Shown one piece after another: positions 53,266 to 62,200 of a stretch of 64,000 nucleotides of DNA. How positions within the stretch are numbered: position 1 is the stretch's first letter; each line of letters starts with the position of its first letter. The translations under genes and the position numbers were made by a program. Origin of the DNA: a virus; the UHGV virus genome UHGV-0020019; one strand, written 5' to 3'. Under the pieces are notes generated by a model. The model searched no databases, had not been told where the DNA came from, and saw nothing but the letters and a program-made list of their open reading frames with translations.

Positions 53266-56200
53266 CTAACAATATTTTTTAAACTCATTAATTGCTTCAT
53301 CAATACTTAAATCTAATCCTTTCTGTTTAAATACATTCTGTAAAAACTTACCAAAGACCTTTTCTCTACCTTTAATACTCTCAGCCTTCTGTAAAGCTTC
53401 CTCCTTACTTAATGTAGAAACCTGTTTCATAATCAAGTCTGCAAATGCTGCAAGATTCTTGATCTCTTCAGTCTTTGTAATAACCTGGCTATTAGAAGTG
53501 CCTTTTACATTAGACTCTTGAGGACTTTCTGTCTTCAAGTCAGAAGCAGAGTTATCTTCAGTAGTCTTGGTAGTATCACTCAATGGGTCTTTGATATCTA
53601 AAGTACTCATCTCTAAGTATTCACCATTGTTACCAAGAGGTTTAATTAACTCAAAAACAAGTTCTTCACCTTTATCAGAAGTAAGATGCCAAAGATAAGT
53701 ATTGTTATTCACCTTAGTCTTCATATAGGAAATACCTGCAAGATCAGCAATATCCTCAGGTCTATAGACAGTCAATCTATTATGCTTAACATCTACATTA
53801 TAGTGAGTATCCTTGCCTCCCTTTCTTGGAACTAGCTTGTTGTTTTCCCAGTTATTTCTAATAAACTGATCAATCACCAAGTCAGGAATTACCTCAGGGA
53901 AGTTCCTATATGTATCAACATAGGTGGCATTACCATTCTTACTCTTCAGCTTTTCCTTTACATAGGTAGGTACCAAAGACATGAAAGTCTTAGGAGAAAA
54001 TCCAATACCAGCTCTAAAGAAACTGTAGTTAAACAGCATCTGAGAAAGCTCTGGGTCTTCTTTATGCAAGTCAATCCAAGCACTGCGAAGTTCTTCCTTT
54101 TTCTGTTCATCCATACCAGTGATATTAATCATAAGATATGGTCTTCCAGTCTTCTTGGAAACATTCATTCTAATAGCTTGAATCAAGGCATTATCTGAAT
54201 ACTTTTCCTTGAACTTCTGTTCCATAAACCACTTAGGAAATTCTGTAGCATAACTTTTAAGATGCTTAGGATTAATCAGACCTGACTGTATCAACAGATA
54301 AGACTGATAGAAGTTAGAGAACTGATCCAAAAGTTTCTTGTCATTATACATCTTATCAGCAATATCAGCAGGAAGATTAGCCAATAGCTTTCTGAAACCA
54401 TTGCTACCAGTAGGCATATCAGAGAAAATAGCCTTTGCAATATCCACAGTTCTTGCAAACTGTTTCAATACTGGATGGTCAAAGAAGATGTCATCAATAT
54501 CAACAGGCATACTATCAACAGTGTAGAAATGAGTACCATTCTCTGTGTTAACATCAATGAACTGAGACATTTTATGCTCAATGATAAGATTATCTACAAT
54601 GAGTGGACCAACAGCACTTGATATAGAATTGAATCTTGTAGCATAAGTAGGCTTACGCATAGCATCAGTAAGACTTCTCATTTTCTGGAAAGCAAGAAGT
54701 ACTTTGTAATCAGTAGCTTCATGTTCCTCGGAAGTAAGACCTTCAACCAGTTCCTCTGTAGTAAGTTCCTCGGTATTAATCAAAGAATCATCATTGATGT
54801 TATTCTTTTCTCTATACTCAGTCAGCCATTTCTCAATGATGTTGGACAAAGATTCATAATTGGTAAGATTCTCTCTATTGAACTTGTTGAGGGTTCTTTC
54901 TATAATATCCTGGGAAAGGAAGAGAGCTGCATCCTCAAATGTCATACCCAATCTAAGCATAGTATTCAGCATACCAGCTGTAGTCATGTTAATATTCATC
55001 AAGTTCAAGATTGGATCTTTTACAGCATCTGCTGAAGCTGATACCAAAGAACCTAAAGTCTTACCAATAAGGTTACCATCTCTATCATACTTCATATCAA
55101 CCTGCATTCTTTCACCAAAGGTAGTACCTGCAATAGTGAAGGGATTTTCTCCACAGATTTCAGATACATCAAGAAAGATGTCATTACTCTCAAGAGTAGC
55201 ATGAGCTACCTTATTTACAGCAAACACACCAATCAATGATGCAGCAGCACTATTCTGCTTATAGAACTGTACCTGAGTATCAGCAAAGGTAAGGTCTTTA
55301 TCTGTATAAGAAAGGTCTTTGAGTTCATCAATAGACATTTTCTGAAGGTCAGACCACTTAATACCCTTGTTAGCAGGATTCTTATAGGCAGCAACCATAT
55401 AACCCATTTTCTTAGGAGCATCAAATCCTCCAGGATTAAGAATCTTATCAGCAGTCATCTGATTAGTGAGTACTGCATAAGTCATATCGATAATCTTGTT
55501 ATCTCTGTATGTTCTACCAGAAGTAGGAGCATCAGTATAATAAGCAACCTGTTGATATTTACCATAAAGCCACTGCATGAATTTATCAGCAGACTTCATC
55601 TTCTGAGGATTGTCGAGGAACATTCTTACCTGTTCACCAACCCAAGTATTGTTGGTCTTACCATCATGTGCCTTCTTATAGCTTTCAGTTGTTATGTTAA
55701 ATAGCTCCTTTTCAATCTCATTTTTCTTTCTTGTCTTGATAGGAATATCCTTACGCATGACATATCTCTTATCAACATCAAAGTCAGAGTCATCAATCTC
55801 AGTAAGCTCATAAGGAAGCATGATAGCATCACCAGCTTCTCTAGGCATGAAACCTACAACCTTCATTGGAGCACAAGAGTACTTATCCTCTGTAGGAATA
55901 CGGTAACTTACCATTTTAAGAAGCTCTGGATCCACAGCATTGATAGCATCTACATTAATAGTACCATCAGCATTGGAGAATTTATCAAAGAGTTCATTAG
56001 ACCAGATAGGAGCAAAGACTTCAAAGTAAGCAATACCACCTTGATTTCTCTTGAGATACTCCTTATAGGAAAGATTATCATGCTCAGAAGCATTATACTC
56101 TTCCTCAAGAGGCATAAGATTACCTTGCTTGTCATTAAATCTGATATGCAACTGAGTAGACATACCAAAGTTAGATACCTGAACAATAGGACCACCAGCA

Positions 56201-59200
56201 ATCTTCTGCTTATTTACTCTGTTCTTAATGATAGAGTTGATAAGCTGTTCAATTCTCTTAGCCTGTATTGGGTCACCTTTTGGTATTCTAAATTCACCAG
56301 TCTCCTTATCAATAGAACAAGCCTGCAAGAGGTCTATTCCATATCTAGGAGAAGACATGATTTCTCTCTGAAGAATCTTGGAAAGAGCAATATTCTGTTC
56401 CTTCTTATCTTCACTGTTGAAGTGCAACTCTGCTGCAAGATTATTAATACTTTCCTCAATGTTGGCAGCAATAGTCTTCTCATACTCTTTTCTAAATTCA
56501 TCAGCCTTTACCTTTCTGTGAGTACCATCAGGTTCTGTCCACTCATAGTAGTTATCTACTTGATTACCATTCTCGTCAGTAGTATAAAGGTCAAGGTCAG
56601 AAGGAGTAATCATTCTAATCTGAGAACCATGAGCCTGAGAATGCTCCTTAAAATGCTCAGGAACTTCTTGCTGCAAGCAGTAGTCTTCATAGGAAGCCTC
56701 ATGTACAAAGGTCTCAGTATTATAGTTCCTATAAACTCTTTCACCTGTAGCATCAGTCTCTTCCTTGAAGATTTGATTCTTCATATAGGTATAGGCAGCT
56801 TCCTCACCACCTTCCATATCTCTGAACTGGAAGATATTCATCTTACCTTGAAGACCAGACTTAATGGCAGATTCAAACTGAACAGTATCAATGCCCTTGG
56901 TAGGATTCAACTTCTCTGAATCTTCCATTACTCTATAGACAGCTCTAAGGAGATTTGGTCTGGAGAGCTTTTCACCTTTAAGGATAGCATCAGCCATAAT
57001 GAGAAGATACTCTGCATTCTTAGCCTGGAAAGGTACTTCCATAGAATGAATAGGAGCATTAGCTACACCCATATCCTTTGTAAGCTTTGAATACACAAAT
57101 GGCTTCAATGGCTGGAATGCTGTCTCCAAGTCAGTATAGTTGTACTCACCTTTCTGTAACTTCTGATAAATATCTTCTGCTTGCTTAGACCATCTACCAA
57201 AGATAAATGCTTTCTTTCTGTAAGATGAAGGAGATGAATATCCCTGAGCATCAGTAACATTAATCTTAGTATACTTACCATCCTTGCCTACAAGAGATTC
57301 CTTAAGAGCCATCATCTGAGCTTTCTGATTCTCTGGAGCAGCAGCAATTCTTCTATCAAAGACCTCTGCAATATTGGCAATGATGTTAGACTTGAAGCTG
57401 TCAAAGTCCTGTAAGATGAATGTTCTATACTTACCATCAGATACTCTGTTACCATTATAATCGGTAGCATAAATGTTACCTCTTACACCTGGAGCATGAA
57501 GCTGTGCTAAACGCTTCTGCAAGTCCTCAGTATCCTTATAGAAAGCAATATCTGTAAGAGTCAGCTGTAAGATATTCTTAGAAGCAAAAGCATCATTCCA
57601 AAGATAATTCTCTACCTGCTTTCTTACCCAGTCAGTAGCTTCCTCATCTTTCAACTCAGAAGGGTAGATACCCTTGATACTCTTAGCTGCTTCCAAAATA
57701 CCATTGTTCTCCCAGTTGTTGAGGATAGACTGAACTCTATCTTCCATGTGCTGACGGATAACTTTATCAGCAAGTTTACCAAGCTCTGCTTCTTCCTCAG
57801 CAGTAAGAGCTACTTCTCCATCTACTTTCTTCTGAAGGAGAGATGCTAATCTATTATTATCAGAAGAGATAGTATTATCTTCATTACGAAGAATATCTCT
57901 CTTGGCAATCTTGTCAGCAGTATTCTCCAGATAGTTATTCAATACAGGAAGGAAGTTAAACCTACGTCCATTGGTATCAAAGTTCTTGATGAAACCTGCA
58001 TCTTTTTTATCCATATTTCTCATTCTGACAGTCTGGATTCTGCTAAGTTCCTGCAAGAACATATTATGAAGACCATAGACAATGGAATCCTTATAGTTTG
58101 CACCTCTATAAGAATAGAACTTGATGAACTCAGATGATGGTTTGTTAGACTGCATAGGTATTCTGAACCAAGCTGGAACCATATTGGTATTATTATCAGT
58201 ACTCTCTGCAAAGTACTCAGTGATAAGGGATAAGGTATATTCTGCATCACTCATATTACGCATATAGTTATGCTTGTTGAAGTTCAACTCTACCTTATGA
58301 TCAAATACCTTACGAGCATTTTCATCCTTAGCAAGTATTCTAAGCCACTCATTTCTCCATCCTTTATCTACATCACCATTTTGGAACTTAAACCATTCTG
58401 AAGAACCATATTCATCCATAATGAAGTCTTCAAATGCCTGACCTTCCTGACGGAATTTATTCATCAGTTTAGTCATAAATGATGGTGTAATATAAGACTG
58501 ATACATCTTGCCACTGTCATAGAATGCATTGACAGCAGTATCTTCCAACTTGTCAGTAATAGGAGTAAGAAGATTCCTCAAACTACCACCAATAGAGTTC
58601 TCTGTTCCAAACTTAAATGGGTCATACTCCTTGAGAGTTCCCTTATTCTGAGACTGTAAAGCCTTATCCAAGTCCTTGACAATATAACCAAGAGATTCTG
58701 TAATCTTCTTAATGTTTTCTGCATTGACTACATCAGTAAGCATTTCCTCTGTGATGTTATAGCCAAAGCTCTTACTGATACCTAAAATGTTATCAGTAGC
58801 AGTCTTTGACATAGTATCATCCAAAGTCTTTCCTTCCTTAATAGCCTTGTCAATCTCTCTCAACTCAGTCAGAGCCTTATGAAGATTGAACTCAGAGTTC
58901 TTTCCTGTAGTCTGGTCAGAACCAAGAAGCTTAGAGTTAATCTTACCATTATTACCAAAGAGAGGATGTTCTCCAATCTTGAATAGGGCAGAGATGGACT
59001 TCATTGCTTCTGAGAGTGCAGGATGACTATTTACAGTCATGCTATAATACTTATCATCTTCAAGCAATACAATAGAATAGAGCTGGAAATGCTTAGAAAA
59101 TACTCCATAGAACTGGCTTTGGAAATCAGTCTCCTTACCACTCTTATCAGAAAGTCTTTCAATAAGCTGGGATAACCAAGGGTTCTGCTTCTGCTTATCA

Positions 59201-62200
59201 GACAATCTCTTAATCATATCATCAAGAGATAATGCTCCCTGTGTCCATCTCAAGATACTATTGACAGACTCTCTAGGATTTACCCTTTCTGCAATTCCCC
59301 ACTTACTATATACCTTGTTACCTTCTGCATCCAGGAGATAGCATTGATGAAGACCTAATCTTACCAAGGCAGACATAGAGTTAAGAACATCAATGGTTCT
59401 AGATTCAACCTGCCAATGTTCCTGCTCATCCTTTTCTCCTTCTTCTGCTGCTATATCCTGATCATTGGAATAGTCATTGAAGTTATCAAAATCTACCTTA
59501 GAGTCTTCTGTGGTAGTAAAGTTACCTCTGCTATAGTCCTTGGTAATACCAAAGCCTTCATTCATAGCAAAGATGTCTGCTGCCAGATACATAATAGCAT
59601 CCCAGTTGTCTGTAATCAGCTGAGCCTGCATCATGGTATCTGTATCCTCATAATCCATTACCTGAGGTGAGAACAGAGTTTTGGTTCTCTCAATAAGTCT
59701 ATCCAAACCTACAGTTTCTACAATCTGCTTTCTAGATGCAGACTGAAAGTCTAGGTCTGTATTGAGGGAAGGGAATAGAGTCTTTGCAAGACCTTCTTCC
59801 TTCTGAAGATTAGTAATCTCATCAGAGATAGAGTTAACTATCAGTTCTGCTGTATGACGAACTTCTGTAGCAGACAGAGAAGCACCAAGTTCCTCTAAGT
59901 CCTTGTCACCATTAAGCAGGTTGTCAATCTGCTTATTAAGCTTATCATACTCACTTAGATTAGTCTCAACTTCTTTCTTCTGAGAATCCTTAGATTCCTG
60001 AAGATACTCTTTCTCACTTGTTGCTTGAAGCACTGTGTCCATTTGATTGATAATGTTTTGATTTTCCTCAAATGAGTTCTCCATAGATAACTGTGCATCC
60101 AATTCCTTTAAATAAGGTATCTTCCAGGTAGCATCTACTGGTGTCTCATCATAGAGGTCATTAAAGTATTCATAACCTGGAAGAGAAACTTTCTGTGTTT
60201 GTTCTTCTGGGAAAGAAGGATTAGTTACTTCTGTTTCAGTTCCTTTATTATCATCAAAGACTATAACATCAGGATTCTTCACTATATATTCTGTGTTATC
60301 TGCCCACATAGTTCCCTTGTCAAGCACAATAACATCAGCTGTAGTGTTTCTTCCATTTTTTACATAGTCTCTAATATCTTTGTAGTGTTCTACTTTTGCA
60401 GTAGAAAGAATATGGAATTTGCTAACTTTAGCATAATCCCCAGTATAGTGTCTATTGATTCTATTGCCTTCTGGATGCTCTGCTGTAGGAGGTTCAGGAG
60501 ATTTATCTGTTCTACTCTTAGCATAATCAGTAGCCTCTTCTTCACTTGATGTAAAGTAGAGTGCTCCCTTAAGAGTTTCATCATAATCTACTGCTGTCTT
60601 TCCTACAGTTTCACCAAGAGTTTTAGCTTCTCTATCTTCCATTAAGGCATATCCTCGATAGATAGTAAGTGGTGATTTACCATCTTCTGAGTATAAACCA
60701 TCTACTTCCTTAGATAACTGACTTAACTGATACTGTTGAGCAGCATCATAAGAGTCTTTATCAAAATGCTTAGGCTCTGCTACTTCATGGTCAACCATAA
60801 ATACAACTTGAGGATTACCATGATTCTTTGCAATATTATCATGGTCATACTCCATATTGTAATCCATAGTTGCAGCAGTATGGAAACCTAAAGTCTTCTT
60901 ATAGATAGCCTGTAATGGCTGCTTTGCACTCATGTAGGCATCAAGATGGGTAGCACCTTCTTCCTTAACCATATCTTTAATAGCATAAAGGAAACCTTTA
61001 TTAGTACTAGGGCTAAGAGAGAATACACTTATCAAATTGCCATCAGGTTCTATAGCAAATCCACATAAACCATCTTCTGTAATAAAGCATTTTGCATTAG
61101 AATAATTATCATGTAAATCTACTAATTCTCCATTAGGAAGATAGATTCTTACCATCTCAAATATATCATGGAATAATTTTCCATCTACTCTTCCTACATT
61201 AAAAGTGCCTACACTATTATCTTTGTTTGTATGGGTTAAATGAGATTGGACGCCATGCCAGCTACCATTGCTGTTGGCTCCCAAGAGTCCTCCCAGAATC
61301 CCTCCGATTCTTTCTTTATCCTCGTCATTAAGTTCCCTTTCTCTGAGCTGAAAGCTGGATACTCCTTTTTCAGAAAATTTACGGCTTCCTTCTTGAACTC
61401 TTCTAAACTCATCTGTTGTTTTGTATTCTTCTGTTCCATTTTCTTTTGAATTTTTATTTTCAGAACGTGAATTACTTGAACTTATTGTATTATCTTTGAT
61501 ATTTTTATCAAGATGTAAAGGAGAGCCTTCTTTCTTGACATTGTTACTAATAATGGTAACAGTATCTGTAGCTCTTGATACACCAACATATTCAAGCTGC
61601 TGCTTGATATTAGCTACTTGATCAGGTTGAGTATTCTTTACTTCTACATCTACATCACTAAGGTCTCCTAAATCAACTTCTTCAGAACTCTTTAACTCTG
61701 CATTGGCTGCATCATTTCTAGTCTCTTCTCCAAGGTCAACCATCTCCATAGCATTAGCAGCATTGTTGTCACTCATAGAAGCCCTAGATACATCTACATC
61801 ATCCATCAGTACATGGGTAAAAGTAGAACCTTGTGACTTATGAATGGTAAGAGCATAGCCAAAGTCAATAGTCTTAGCCTGTAAAAGGTTATGGCTATTA
61901 TCTTCAATGTTATCATTGACAAAGAGGAAAGAATCAATAGCATTAATCTTAGCATAGACTGCTGCCTTAGCTTCTCTACCATAAGCTCTTCTAGCTTCAT
62001 TCCATAATCTCTTCTTCTCATTGGCAAGAATCATGGCACTCTGTCTATTCTGGGCATTGTTCTTAATGTCCATGAAGTTGAATGTATCTATATTACCTAA
62101 TGAGTCTTCAAGAGTAATAGGAACAGCCTGCATCACTACAGGAGTACCATTATCTAATCTGGTCTGTACTGTAGTAGGTCTGCCTACCTGAGTTACTTTG

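Noticed and set aside
54338-56919. Plus-strand ORFs of 60-292 aa inside the minus-strand 3572-aa gene (54338-54526, 54721-55204, 56041-56919 and others), and similar antisense ORFs inside the 2450-aa gene (31035-35272)
   Set aside because: These are low-complexity Leu/Ile/Ser/Phe-rich translations. They lie entirely within long, motif-bearing ORFs on the other strand. They are expected antisense artefacts of AT-rich coding DNA.
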